Shown here in pieces: positions 27,906 to 41,400 of a stretch of 64,000 nt of DNA. Position numbers and translations under genes: made by a program. Every line of letters begins with the position of its first letter. Position 1 is the first letter of the stretch. Location: the NCBI RefSeq assembly GCF_018350175.1, contig NC_058368.1, positions 170,068,001 through 170,132,000 of the forward strand, read 5' to 3'. A model generated the notes under the pieces. It had not been told where the DNA came from and did not search any database. It worked only from the letters and a program-made list of their open reading frames with translations. The stretch is from Felis catus. Lineage: Eukaryota.

Positions 27906-29062
27906 GGGGGCGGGGGGATACAATAGGCTCTTGCAGAGCCAGACTTGGGTGGGACAGCACCACTTCCAATCTGAAACAGCTATAGAAAGATCAGTAAAAT
28001 TCTATTTCTAATGACTAATAACAAATTTCTGGAAGGGAAGAAGATTAGCCAACAAATCCTTGGGATTTATTTGGCTCCCCTAAATTCAACCCTATCAGAA
28101 TTCTATATTTTCTTCTAACAGTCTTCTAGGCATATGTAGTACCAGCACAATGCAACAACAAATTATATCCTCTTTTAACTTAAAATTCCTGCTTGGCAGT
28201 ATGGTACTAATACTACTAACTGGCTAGAAAATAATAGTTTATTGATTGATTCTCCCAATATTTACTGCATATCTACCATATGCATTAGCTTGTATGTTAC
28301 CAATAAGATATAGCAATGAACAAGACAGAAAAATCCCACATGACATTTTCATTCTAGGGATATTTAATGAGTTGGGAAAACCTTCACATTCTAAGAATAA
28401 CTGAAAATAGCAGATTGCAAAATTCTATAAGCAAAATGATCACAATTATGCAAAACAAATAAGTTACTTATTATTAAGTGAATACTGCCATTTGATTGGA
28501 AAGACATCTGTGGAGAAATTGGCTGTTGCCTGAGAAAAGTGAATAGCTACTGTGACAGATCCCCACCATTTTATTACCTCTGTACTTTTGAGACAGATGC
28601 AAGTTTTATCAATGCAGGAAAGTAGATCACTCGCTAATGAGATTCATATAAACTAAGTTTTAAAAAATAGATGCACAAAAACAGAATGCCAGATATTGAT
28701 TTACAAAAAGAACTAATTTAGCAGCATAATCTCTCCCTATAGGCAATTCCACACAGGAAAGCAATTTTGTTGTTTTTTTTTTAAGTTTGCATATTGAGCA
28801 AAAGATCAGAGCAAAGGAAATTAGATAGATTAGGGCTGCTTTCTACGATGCTCACTTTTCTCTGCTTCCACTGCTGACTAGCCTCCTAAATTTACCCATT
28901 CTTTCTTTAGATGAGTTTATTCATTCAGAAGAATAAAGTAACTTGATTGAATGAGGATCTTTTGGTAAGTGTAATTTCTCCCCTTATCCATTAATATGTA
29001 TTTCTGGGTTTTGAAGTTCATAAGGCGACAGTGATATCTTAGTGGTTAGCCACAGTGTGTAC

Positions 29063-29065
<3 letters not shown>

Positions 29066-29107
<42 letters not shown>
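29066..29107. repeat. (GT)21 microsatellite
   Basis: Direct reading. Confidence 0.97.
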
Positions 29108-29109
<2 letters not shown>

Positions 29110-29847
29110 ACTGGGTAAGTCACCTCCAAAAAGTAGATCTGTAAGGGAACACACTAAAATAGTAATAATGATTACCTAAAGGTGATAGGAAGAGGGATGT
29201 GAGGGCTTATTTCTTTTTCTCATTTTTTATGAAAAATATGTATGTTTATAACCAGAAAAGCAATTAAAGAAGATGGTGACACACCAGTACTCCTGCCAAG
29301 AAAATGGGGAAAACAAGCTTAAATCATTCACTTTGCTAAAGTGGCTAAAACTTTGAAGACCAGTTAAGAAAGGTTTTCAAGGGAATATGACCAAAGAGAT
29401 CAGCTAATCCTTCTTAGATACTATTTCTCCATGTAACTTGTCAATTGTGAATGCAGAATAAGAGGCTAAAAATCTGGGCTTTGCTGGGTAGAGGCATACT
29501 GGTGGGAGACAGAAAAACTAGGAGAACTTCTGGTGGTCTTGTAAGGCTGGAGAGATAAAACTGAATAATTGATGAGCTTCAAAATCCAGCCAGTTTTTCT
29601 TTAGAAGTATTGCCAAATTCTAAAACTGTGCAGTGTGGGAAGCTAACACACTAGCAGAACACCTCTGAAAATCAAAGGAGCATTGGCAGCATAGTTTCCA
29701 AACTATGAGAGCCATCAGTTCCAAAACTCATGAAATATTTCAAAAATCTTACAAATAAAAAATAAGATAAATACAAAGAAAATAACACTTAAGTATATCA
29801 TATTTACAACTACTGAAAGCAAAATATAAAAATCTTCAAATGAGATC

Positions 29848-30315
29848 TGTATTAGCTTGCCTGGGCTCCTGTCAAAAAAAAAAAAAAGTGCCACAAACTA
29901 AGGGGCTTCAACAACAGATTTTTATTGTCTCACAGTTTTGGAGGCTATTAGACAAGAAGATCAAGGTGTCGGCAAGGTTGTTTTCTTGTGAGGGAGAAAT
30001 ATGTTTCATGTTTCTGTCTAAGCTTCTAGTGGTTTTCTGACAATCTTGGCATTCCTTGGATGTGGCTATATCACCCTGATATCTGCCTTTGTCTTCACAT
30101 GACATTTTCCCTGTATATTTATCTGCATCCAGATTTCCCCCTTTATATAGGAACATTAGTCATAATGAATTAGGGGCCCACTCTACTCCAGTATGACCTC
30201 ATCTTAACTTAATTCCATATGCAGTATCTCTACTTTTAAATAAGGTCACATTTTGAGGTACTGAGGGTTAGGACTTCAACATGTTAATTTTGAGACAACA
30301 CCATTTGAACCCAAA
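29848..30315 (-). mobile_element. MaLR solo LTR (MLT1B/C-like)
   Basis: tgtattagc start, 'tttattgtctcacagttttggaggct', 'atcaaggtgtcggcaagg', 'tatgacctcatcttaact', 'aataaggtcacattttgaggtactgagggttaggacttcaacat'. Confidence 0.88.
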
Positions 30316-30565
30316 ATTATTGCCTTAAATAAATGCATAACTTTAAATATAAATGTAGAAAAGACTAATAATTAATGATATTACTTATGAACAGGGATGC
30401 GATAATGATAAATGAATCATTAGCAAATCTATTTGAGTGGTATATAAAAACCGTAATATATCATGACCATATGGGTATAATTCCAGGAATACAAGTTCAG
30501 TTTATCAATCAAAAATCAAGTGGTGTAATTTATTAGTTTAATTGAATAAAAAAACATATCATTTT

Positions 30566-30781
30566 GAGGCGCCTGGGTGGCGCAGTCGGTTAAGCGTCCG
30601 ACTTCAGCCAGGTCACGATCTCGCGGTCCGTGAGTTCGAGCCCCGCGTCAGGCTCTGGGCTGATGGCTCAGAGCCTGGAGCCTGTTTCCGATTCTGTGTC
30701 TCCCTCTCTCTGCCCCTCGCCCGTTCATGCTCTGTCTCTCTCTGTCCCAAAAATAAATAAATGTTGAAAAAAATTAAAAAA
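30566..30781 (+). mobile_element. Young feline SINE (SINEC_Fc-like)
   Basis: CpG-intact body 'gcgcagtcggttaagcgtccgacttcagccaggtcacgatctcgcgg'; TSD aaaaaaacatatcatttt on both sides. Confidence 0.97.
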
Positions 30782-31550
30782 AAAAAAACATATCATTTTA
30801 AGAGATATATGAGTATGTTTGATAAAACCCAAGATCCTTTCATAATAAAAAATATCTTAGTAAATTAAGGAAAAGGAATTACTTCTTAACTTGATAAAGA
30901 TGATTTTTTAAGTCCACAGCTAATACCACATTTAATGATGATTCATTGAAACCTTTATCCATGAGACTGGGACTTATTCAGGAAATGCACACTGTTATCA
31001 CTTCTATTCAACTATAAGTTGAAGCCCAGTATAATGAGGAGAGACTAGTATACAAAACACATAAGTGCTGGGGTGAAGAAAGGAACAGAAAAACAGTATT
31101 ATTATCCTCAGTGACTGTTGTACATAGAAGAAAAAGATATCCATAGATAAATTTTTAGACAATGTCTATATTTAACAAGGCTACTATATACAAAATTCAC
31201 AAAACACTGCCATTTCTTTATGACAACAAATAGCAAATAAAAATTTTAACAATATACATTTATAAAATATCAAAAAGTCAAATATCTAGAAACAGTGCTA
31301 ACAAAAGTATTTAAGATTATATACTGAATATCACCAGATATTAAAGAACATCTCAGTAAATTTAGGAATGTACTATGATTATGAACTGAAAGGCTCAATA
31401 CTCTAAAGATAGTATTTTTTCCCAGATTAATTCCTCTATGCAACATTCATTAGCTAATGCTAAAATCTGTGTGAAAACTAAAAGGCCTGAAGAGTCTTAA
31501 GGCAATCCTAAAGTAGAAGAACAAATATTTTAATCAAGAGTCATTAGATA

Positions 31551-31770
31551 GAGGGTGCCTGGGTGGCTCAGTCAGTTGAGCGTCTGACTTTGGCTCAGGT
31601 CATGATCTCACAATTTGTGGGTTCAAGCCTTGCATCAGGCTCTGGGCTGACAGCTTAGAGCCTAGAGCCTGCTTCTCAGATTCTGTATCTCCCTTTCTCT
31701 CTGCCTCTCACTTGCTCATGCTCTCTTTCTGTCTCTCAAAAATTTAAAAATCTCAAAAAATTTAAAAAGA
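31551..31770 (+). mobile_element. Can-SINE (older) within decayed L1M sequence
   Basis: gagggtgcctgggtggctcagtc head, gggttcaagcc B-box, CT region, degenerate A tail. Confidence 0.93.
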
Positions 31771-33002
31771 TTATACAAAAAAAGATTTATTATACAGTCA
31801 CAGAAATTCCGAGGATGATATTAGTTAAAAATATAGAAGCAGACCAGTGGCACAAAACACAGTCTAGGAAAAGACCGCTCACATACAGTTATTTACTTTA
31901 TGACTAAGGTCATCCTGCAGTGCAGTGAGGAAAGGCTATCTTTTTCTCTTTTTCAATAACTGTGCTGGATCCATTGGATATCCATAGAGAAGAAACATTT
32001 TGATATCTATGGTACCATTTATAAAATTCCATCCCTTATATATTGTAGTTTTTAATATGAATGACAGCTTCCAGGCAAGATGAAGTAATGGAATTTTATG
32101 TATGTTCCTGTTTGAAAAATTGCTTTTTTAAAAAAAAGTAAAATTGATAAATACAGATTTTTAAACCTATTGTTAACACTGGACATCAAATGATGATAGA
32201 CAGTAATCTTCAAAGACAAGAAACAGATGAGGTCCCATTATCCTAACTCACTGCCTAGGCAAAGTCATCAAACCATGGTGTAGGGAGGGAGAATCCAGGA
32301 AGAACTCAGCGGTTGCTTGAATTGAAGAAATGGAGCTGATTGGACAAGGAGGCCAAAACAGCCAGAGTTTTCAGGGCAAGGTGCTGGAGAAGGCCCCACT
32401 CAGCTGAGTGATGGTCAACCCATGCATGTGAGTGAACTACCAGGGCCTGGAAAAACAGACACTGGAAAAAATTAGAGAAAACAATCCTTGGTGTTCATAC
32501 AGGACCAAAAATAGTCCATTTCCAATCACTTTTTCTCCTTCTCTTCATTATCCCACCTTGGTGGCTAGAATTGCAGAAAGTGGTTATTATGTTTTTATCT
32601 TTTACTAGATTTACTATTTACAATAAAAATTGCAGGATCTTTTGGATGATTTGCAACCCATACAGAAGTAAAATTCATGACAAGAATAACACAGAGGCCA
32701 GGAGGGAAGAAAGAAAAGTATAGTGTTGATATGTGAAGTATTGTAATAGCACTGGGAAGCTGACTGTGATAAGCTAAAGATGTATATACCATGACCCATA
32801 TAAGCAACCACATAAATAACAAAGGGTTATAATTAATAAGCCAACAAAGGAGATAAAATGAATCATAAAATGCTCAATTAACTCCCAATTAATTAAAAAA
32901 TAAGCACAAAAAAGAACAAAAAGGCAGCAAAGAACGGGCAGGATAAAAGAAAACAAACAAAGATAGTAGCATACTGAAACCAAATCATATTAATGATTAC
33001 AT

Positions 33003-33200
33003 TTATTTTTTCATGTTTATTTATTTTGAGAGAGAGAGTGAGCAGGGGACAGGCAGACAGAGGAGGAGAGAGAATGCCAAACAGGCTCTTCACCATCAGC
33101 ACAGAGCCCCATACAGGGCTTGATCTCACAAACTGTGAGATCATGACCTGAGCCAAAATCAAGAGTCAGACACTTACACAAGTGAAAAATCCATGTGCCC
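33003..33200 (-). mobile_element. Can-SINE (older)
   Basis: tttatttattttgagagagag...gagatcatgacctgagcc...gtgcccc. Confidence 0.92.
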
Positions 33201-34099
33201 CATGTTGATAATTGCATTTAATGTATATGGCCTGAACACCACAATTCAATGGTAAAGATTGACAGATTGGCTACACAAGACTAAAAGTAAAGTAAAGACT
33301 ACACTGCCTCTAAGAAACACACTCCTAACCACAAGTAGGTTCAAAGTAGAACAGAAAATCATATTCCATGCTAACAATAATCATACAACAAGCTAAAGTT
33401 TATCAAAAGAATGCTGGGGTGGCCATAAAAATGGCCATTTGTGGGAAAAGCCACAGAAAGCCACAGTGATCGTGAGTGATCCTCAAGTCTAGACAGAGGC
33501 CACTGTGAGAAGGGTGACAGATGTGAGCCCATCAGCTACATTCTCTCCTCCTTATCCTGTCTTCCTCACTGGAACTACAGCAAGCAGTTACTGTGTTTCT
33601 TTTGTTGTAACAAATGTTATATTTGGGTTCTTGTTTATAAAGAGAATCCACCACTGAGGGGCAGGTGCTTAGAACAGAAGTTCAAGAGGCCACTGTCTCT
33701 ACAGCAGGTCTAGTCTGGCGGCCCTCAATCCACTCTATGCAAAACAATTATCCAAATATAATAGGGTACTGACCTTTTACCAGGTTATAATCTATGTAGA
33801 AAATCTAACATAAGCTCTTTCACAGCCTTACCTGGAGCAAAGAGACACGTTATTGTCACAGTTTTTGTTGTAAATAAATTACTTTATCTTGTTGATTGTC
33901 AGAAGGCCTAGTTAGCAGATCAAAGGGTATGTGAAAGCAAGTTTCTTAGTTAGCATAAAGGTGTTTCTATTTAGAAAATACATTTCAGGACATGACCTTT
34001 TTTATAGGCTAAATAAGAATTTGAAATTATTAAAATTAAATTATCTCTTGAGATAAAAAAATTATTTTTCTCTAGAAATGCTATTAAGTATAGAAATGT

Positions 34100-34260
34100 T
34101 TTTCATAGGCATTATTTCATTTAATCCTCATAATATCATGAAACTCATGAGGCATATAGAATTATTCCAATTTCATATTTAGAAATTGTGGCTCTGACAG
34201 ATCCATTGCTTCAATTCACATAGCTAGTATTTGAACTAAAACTGGAACTAAAGTTTTTCA
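34100..34260 (-). mobile_element. MIR SINE fragment
   Basis: 'gcattatttcatttaatcctcataa', 'gaaattgtggctc', 'cacatagctagta'. Confidence 0.7.
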
Positions 34261-36540
34261 ATAACAATTAAAGTATCATTAATGCTATATCACAGCTACC
34301 TCATAACATATGTTGCTAATAAATTTAACCTGAACAATTGGCCCTTAAAGTGAAAATTATTTTTAAAACTATAATCTCTTTAAGTTTGAAAGAGAGTAAT
34401 GAGAAAAAATGTTGCTTTATTTAGTATTGATTTTAATGTCAGAACCAGGGTCTATATTTAACTATCAAATTGACTATTTTATTTTTCCAGACATGTTAAC
34501 CTAATTGAGTTGCTCTGGTACCATCCATTAAATTTAATCAAAAGCATTGGGGAAAACATTTTTCATTCTTGTAAAGACTCAAATCATGATTCATTGGCTC
34601 ACTATTTCAAACATATTTGCTCCAATGTGCTGTGCCCTCTACTTTTCAAAATAATATAAGGTACTTTGAGTTATAATTACTTATACCCTTAAAGGAATTA
34701 TTTGATCCAAGAGTTCCATTTTAGCCTTATTAATAAATCAGTTAGAATACTTGAACATTTATTATCAGATGAATGCAGAAAACACAGGAATAAAATATAT
34801 TATCCTAATTCTCAACAGGTTTACAATCTAATGTTGGAAATAACATAAAGGCAAACACTAAATTACAGAGTAAGGAGATACTGAAGGAAAATTAACTTTA
34901 AACAATGGGAAGTAATAATAAACATGGTAATAAAATTATCAGTATACAAACCATGTAAAATAACGTAATTTTAGGTCTAATCTTTGGGGCATGCTCTAAG
35001 TGCTGTAAGATTTCTGAGTTGGGAAAATAATGTGGTCCGAGATATCCAGGAACTCTTCACAAACTCCAAAAATTACTACTGACGTGGGTATTACTCACGA
35101 GACAAGGTAAATGAGGGCAATTTTATCCTTGAATGGAGTGATTCTTATCCTTTTAGAGATCGATCATATGTCAAGAACCCAGTCTCTACTTCTCTACTCA
35201 GAATGAGGGGACACCTCATAGATAAATAATTCATTCAGTGAGGTAAAATATTAGTCCAATAGTAAAGTACAGACTAAGTTTCAAGAGGGTCAAAACTAGA
35301 AATGGAGAAATTGCGTTGAGGTTACTCTAAGTATCACGGCAAAAGATGATGAGGGCTTGGACTTGGGGATTCACAGTAGAGAGGAGAGACACCGGTGTAT
35401 TGTAATATATTTTGTCAACAGAATTCAAGAGTGCTAGTGAACTGAATATAGTGCTGAGCAGAAGCCTTGAAGAGGAAAATTAACATATCTTACTGAGTTC
35501 TGTTATTTGAGAAATGCAACTTTGTTAACTCCAGATAGCAAAGATCTTCCTTTGGTTTTCTATGCATTGTTCTCCTTCCATTTGTATAACTGAAGCAAGA
35601 CTACAGTTGATTTCTATTAGCAATTGAGACTAGAGACAAAATTTTAAACCTTTTGGGCCGAAGGAAGTTCTGGTACAGAAAAGAGATGATTTGATCTGGT
35701 ACAGAAAAGAGATACTTAAAATTTGGAGTATAAAAGAAGAGAAAAGTCCCAGCCAGGATCAACACCCATCTTCAGACTGAAATAATGTGAAAAATAAAAT
35801 TTCATAAAGCCTAGAGTTAATTTTAAATAATTTTAATGTACTTGTAAAACTCAATACAAAAATGTTAAAAATAATGTAGAAAAAATTAAGGTTGTTAAAA
35901 ATTAACATTTCTACTCAATTTTGTGGTGAATTTAAAACTGTTCTTAAAAAACTGTATCTCAAAAATAAATGGATAACATGACCTTGAATATAAACACCCA
36001 GATTATTCTAAAAAATTATGGAGAAGAATATTTCAAGAGGAAAAATGTGAAAACAATTTAATTTTAAAATTTATATAAAGGGCAAATAGAAGAAGTAATA
36101 GATACCTAAAATAGCTGTCATTTACTGAACATTTATTATTTGGCAGGAACTATTCTAAATATCTAATCCTCTTGGCAGTAAAAACCTACAATTTTAAATA
36201 GGTTCAAAAAAGAGAAGAAAATATTTTCAATATTAAAAACTTAAGAAATCACATAACACTTAAACAATATGGTTTCCAAAAAGTAAGTAATGAGAAAAGG
36301 AACATATTCACTCACCCTAAAAAGAAACAGATGCTGAGATTGGAAAAACATAAAATCCCAAAATAGACTTTTATTTAGGCATACTGAAAAAGAAAATAAT
36401 ACAAAGATACTGAGAAAATAGGTAAAAACTATGTAAAAATACCAATATATCATTAAAAAGTACTGTTGGTAGTAGTGATAAAAAATGAGGTAGAATATAC
36501 CAGTAATGCAAGAATAGTTTAACATTAAAAAATTATCTAT

Positions 36541-37472
36541 GGAGAGGATCCTCGGAAGATGGCGGCTTAGGAGGACGCTGGGCTCACCGCGCGTCCTGAT
36601 GATCACTAAGATTCCACCTCCACCTGCCTAAATAACCCAGAAAACCGGCAGAAGGCTAGCAGAACAGATTCTCTGGAGCCAAGCACAAACGAGAGGCCCA
36701 CAGAAGAGGGTAGGAAGGGCGGAGAAGCAGTGCGCCCTACACGGACTGGCGGGAGGGATCAGGGACGGAGGGGCGGCCCGCCAGCCAAGCAGAGCCCCGA
36801 GTCTGGCTTGCAAAAGCGGAGGGGCCAGACGGAGTGTGTTCCCACAGCAAGCGGGACTTGACATCTGGAAAGTTATAAGCTAACAGCTCTGCTCGGAGAA
36901 CGGGAGGGCTGGAGGACAACGGGAGGGAGAGTTGTTGAGCCCCGGACGGACGACAGAGCTCAGCTTGGTGGGGAACAAAGGCGCTCGCCAGCGCCATCTC
37001 CCTTCCCCATCCCCCAGCCAAAATCCCAAAGGGAACCAGTTCCTGCCAGGGAACTTGCTTGCACCACGCAAACACCCAGCTCTGTGCTTCTGCGGATCCA
37101 TCCCTCCAGCGGGTCTGACTCCCTCCCCGTGCCGCAGGGCCCCTCCCAAAGCGGATCTCCGAAGGAAAAGCGAGCTGACCCTGCCCCTCCTGCCCGTGTG
37201 CACCTTGCCGATCCACCCCAGCTAATGCGCCAGATCCCCAGCACCACAAGCCTGGCAGTGTGCAAGTAACCCAGACAGGCCACGCTACCCCACAGTGAAT
37301 CCCCCCCCTAGGAGAGGGGAAGAGAAGGCACACACCAGTCTGTCTGTGGCCCCAGCGGTGGGCTGGGGGCAGACATCAGGTCTGACTGCGGCCCCACCCA
37401 CCAACTCCAGTTACACACCACAGCACAGGGGAAGTGCCCTGCAGGTCCTCACCACTCCAGGGACTATCCAAA
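36541..37472 (+). promoter_or_regulatory. L1 5'UTR internal Pol II promoter (CpG-rich), YY1 motif at 36556-36566
   Basis: AAGATGGCGGC near the 5' end; the only long GC/CpG-rich tract in the window; lies directly upstream of the ORF1 ATG. Confidence 0.8.
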
Positions 37473-38360
37473 ATGACAAAACGGAAGAATTGCCCTCAGA
37501 AATATGTCCATGAAATAACAACAGCTAACGAACTGATCAAAAATGATTTAAACAATATAACAGAAAGTGAATTTAGAATAATAGTCATAAAATTAATCGC
37601 TGGGCTTGAAAACAATATAAAGGACAGCAGAGAATCTCTTGCTACAGAGATCACGGGATTACTGAACAGCCAGGAGGAGCTAAAACATGCTATCAATGAA
37701 CTGCAAAATAAAATGGAAACAACTACCGCTCGGATTGAAGAGGCAGAGGAGAGAATAGGTGAACTAGAAGATAAAATCATGGAAAAAGAAGAAGCTGAGA
37801 AAAAGAGAGATAAAAAAATCCAGGAGTATGAGGGGAAAATTAGAGAACTAAGTGATGCACTAAAGAGAAATAATACACACATAATTGGTATTTCAGAGGA
37901 GGAAGAGAGAGGGAAAGGTGCTGAAGGTGTACTTGAAAAAATAATAGCTGAGAACTTCCCAGATCTGGGGAAGGAAAAAGGCATTGAAATCCAAGAGGCA
38001 CAGACAACTCTCTTCAGACGTAACTTGAATCCATCTTCTGCACGACATATCATAGTGAAACTAGCAAAATACAAGGATAAAGAGATAATTCTCAAAGCAG
38101 CTAGAGATAAACGTGCTCTAACATACAAAGGGAGACCTATAAGACTCATGACTGATCTCTCCACTGAAACTTGGCAGGCCAGAGGAATGGCAGGAGATCT
38201 TCAATGTGATGAACAGAAAAACCATGCAGCTGAGAATCCTTTATCCAGCAAGTCTGTCATTTAGAATAGAAGGAGAGATAAAGGTCTTCCCAAACAAAAA
38301 CTGAAGGAATTCACTGCCACAAAACCAGCCCTACAAGAGATCCTAAGGGGGATCCTGTGA
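37473..38360 (+). pseudogene. L1 ORF1p (RNA-binding chaperone), frameshifted near 38180
   Basis: MTKRKN...coiled coil 'RIEEAEERIGELED', 'IIAENFPDL', 'RHIIVKL', 'DLSTETWQAR', then loss of frame; terminal '[12 protein letters not shown]' lies in another frame. Confidence 0.93.
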
Positions 38361-38410
38361 GACAAAGTACCAGAGACATCGCTACAAGCATGACACCTAT
38401 GGACATCACA

Positions 38411-41400
38411 ATGACTCTAAACCCATATCTTTCCATAATAACACTGAATGTAAATGGACTAAATGCACCAACCAAAAGACGTAGGGTATCAGAATGGATA
38501 AAAACACAAGACCCATCTATTTGCTGTCTACAAGAGACTCATTTTAGACCTGAGGACACCTTCAGATTGAGAGTGAGGGGATGGAGAACTATTTATCATA
38601 CCACTGGAAGTCAAAAGAAAGCTGGAGTAGCCATAGTTATATCAGACAAACTAGACTTTAAATTAAAGGCTGTAACAAGAGATGAAGAAGGGCATTATAT
38701 AATAATCACAGGGTCTATCCATCAGGAAGAGCTAACAATTATAAATGTCTGTGCGCTGAATACAGGAGCCCCCAAATATATAAAACAATTATTCACAAAC
38801 ATAAGCAACCTTATTGATAAGAATGTGGTAATTGCAGGGGACTTTAACACTCCACTTACAGAAATGGATAGATCATCTAGACACATGGTCAATAAAGATA
38901 CAAGGGCCCTGAATGAGACATTGGATCAGATGGACTTGACAGATATAGTTAGAACTCTACATCCCAAAGCAACAGAATATACTTTTTTCTCGAGTGCACA
39001 TGGAACATTCTCCAAGATAGATCACATACTGGGTCACAAAACAGCCCTTCATAAGTATACAAGAATTGAAATCATACCATGCATACTTTCAGACCACAAT
39101 GCTATGAAGCTTGAAATCAACCACAGAAAAAAGTCTGGAAAACCTCCAAAAGCATGGAGGTTAAAGAACACCCTACTAGAGAATGAATGGGTCAACCAGG
39201 CAATTAGAGAAGAAATTAAAAAATATATGGAAACAAACGAAAATGAAAATACAACAATCCAGATGCTTTGGGATACAGCAAAGGCAGTCCTGAGAGGAAA
39301 ATACATTGCAATCCAGGCCTATCTCAAGAAACAAGAAAAATCCCAAATACAAAATCTAACAGCACACCTAAAGGAAACAGAAGCAGAACAGCAAAGACAG
39401 CCTAAACCCAGCAGAAGAAGAAAAATAATAAAGATCAGAGCAGAAATAAACAATATTTCTGTCTCACGCCAGTCAATATCTCACGCCAGTCAGAGTCACC
39501 AAAATGACAAATCAGGAGACTATAGATGCTGGAGAGGATCTGGAGAAACGGGAACCCTCTTGCAAGAATCTAAAAAAACTGTAGAGCAGATCAACGAAAC
39601 CAAGAGTTGGTTTTTTGAAAAACTAAACAAAATTGATAAACCTGTAGCCAGGCTTCTCAAAAAGAAAAGGGAGATGACCCAAATAGATAAAATCATGAAT
39701 GAAAATGGAATTATTACAACCAATCCCTCAGAGATACAAGCAATTATCAGGGAATACTATGAAAAATTATATGCCAAGAAACTGGACAACCTGGAAGAAA
39801 TGGACAAATTCCTGAACACCCACACCCTTCCAAAACTCAATCAGGAGGAAATAGAAAGCTTGAACAGACCCATAACCAGCGAAGAAATTCAATCAGTCAT
39901 CAAAAATCTCCCAACAAATAAGAGTCCAGGACAAGATGGCTTCCCTTGGGAATTCTACCAGACATTTAAGCAGACATAATTCCTATCCTTCTCAAGCTAT
40001 TCCCAAAAATAGAAAGGGAAGGAAAACTTCCAGACTCATTCTATGAAGCCAGTATTACTTTGATTCCTAAACCAGAGACCCAGTAAAAAAAGAGAACTAC
40101 AGGCCAATATCCCTGATGAGTATGGATGCAAAAATTCTCAATAAGATACTAGCAAATCGAATTCAACAGCATATAAAAAGAATTATTCACCATGATCAAG
40201 TGGGATTCATTCCTGGGATGCAGGGCTGGTTCAACATTCTCAAATCAATCAATGTGATACATCACATTAATAAAAGAAAGATAAGAACCATATGATCCTG
40301 TCAATCGATGCAGAAAAGGCCTTTGACAAAATTCAGCAAACTTTCTTAATGAAAACCCTTGAGAAAGTCGGGATAGAAGGAACATACTTAAAGATCATAA
40401 AAGCCATTTATGAAAAGCCCACAGCTAACATCATGCTCAATGGGGAAAAACTGAGAGCTTTCTCCCTGAGATCAGGAACACGACAGGGATGTCCACTCTC
40501 ACCGCTGTTGTTTAACATAGTGTTGGAAGTTCTAGCATCAGCAATCAGACAACAAAAGGAAATCAAAGGCATCAAAATTGGCAAAGATGAAGTTAAGCTT
40601 TCACTTTTTTGCAGATGACATGATATTATACATGGAAAATCCGATAGACTCCACCAGAAGTCTGCTAGAACTGATATATGAATTTAGCAAAATTGCAGGA
40701 TACAAAATCAATGTTGCATTCTTATACACTAATAATGAAGCAACAGAAAGACAAAGAAACTTATCCCATTCATAATTGCACCAAGAAGCATAAAATACCT
40801 AGGAATAAATCTAACCAAAGATGTAAAAGATCTGTATGCTGAAATCTATAGAAAGCTTATGAAGGAAATTGAAGGAGATATAAAGAAATGGAAAAACTTC
40901 CGTGCTCATGGATTGGAAGAATAAATATTGTCAAAATGTCAATACTACCCCAAGCTATCTACACATTCAATGCAATCCCAATCAAAATCGCAAGAGCATT
41001 CTTCTCAAAACTAGAACAAGCAATCCTAAAATTCATATGGAACTACAAAGGGCCCCGAATAGCCAAAGGAATTTTGAAGAAGAAGACCAAAGCAGGAGGC
41101 ATCACAATCCCAGACTTTAGCCTCTACTACAAAGCTGTCATCATCAAGACAGCATGGTATTGGCACAAAAACAGACACATAGACCAATGGAATAAAATAG
41201 AGACCCCAGAACTAGACCCACAAACGTATGGCCAACTAATCTTTGACAAAGCAGGAAAGAACATCCAATGGAAAAAAGACAGTCTCTTTAACAAATGGTG
41301 CTGGGAGAACAGGACAGCAACATGCAGAAGGTTGAAACTAGACCACTTTCTCACACCATTCACAAAAATAAACTCAAAATGGATAAAGGACCTGAATGTG

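Noticed and set aside
36541..36550. L1 5' end 'ggagaggatc' matches 10 nt within the templated-insert donor region
   Set aside because: Short purine-rich match typical of L1 5' ends; cannot be distinguished from coincidence without a consensus
36737..37333. 198-aa antisense ORF and overlapping ORFs in the L1 5'UTR, as a possible ORF0 analogue
   Set aside because: Non-ATG start in a GC-rich tract where long stop-free frames are expected; no recognisable domain and no evidence of expression
37496..38164. 222-aa minus-strand ORF
   Set aside because: Antisense shadow of L1 ORF1; the Ser/Phe/Leu-rich composition reflects the A-rich sense strand
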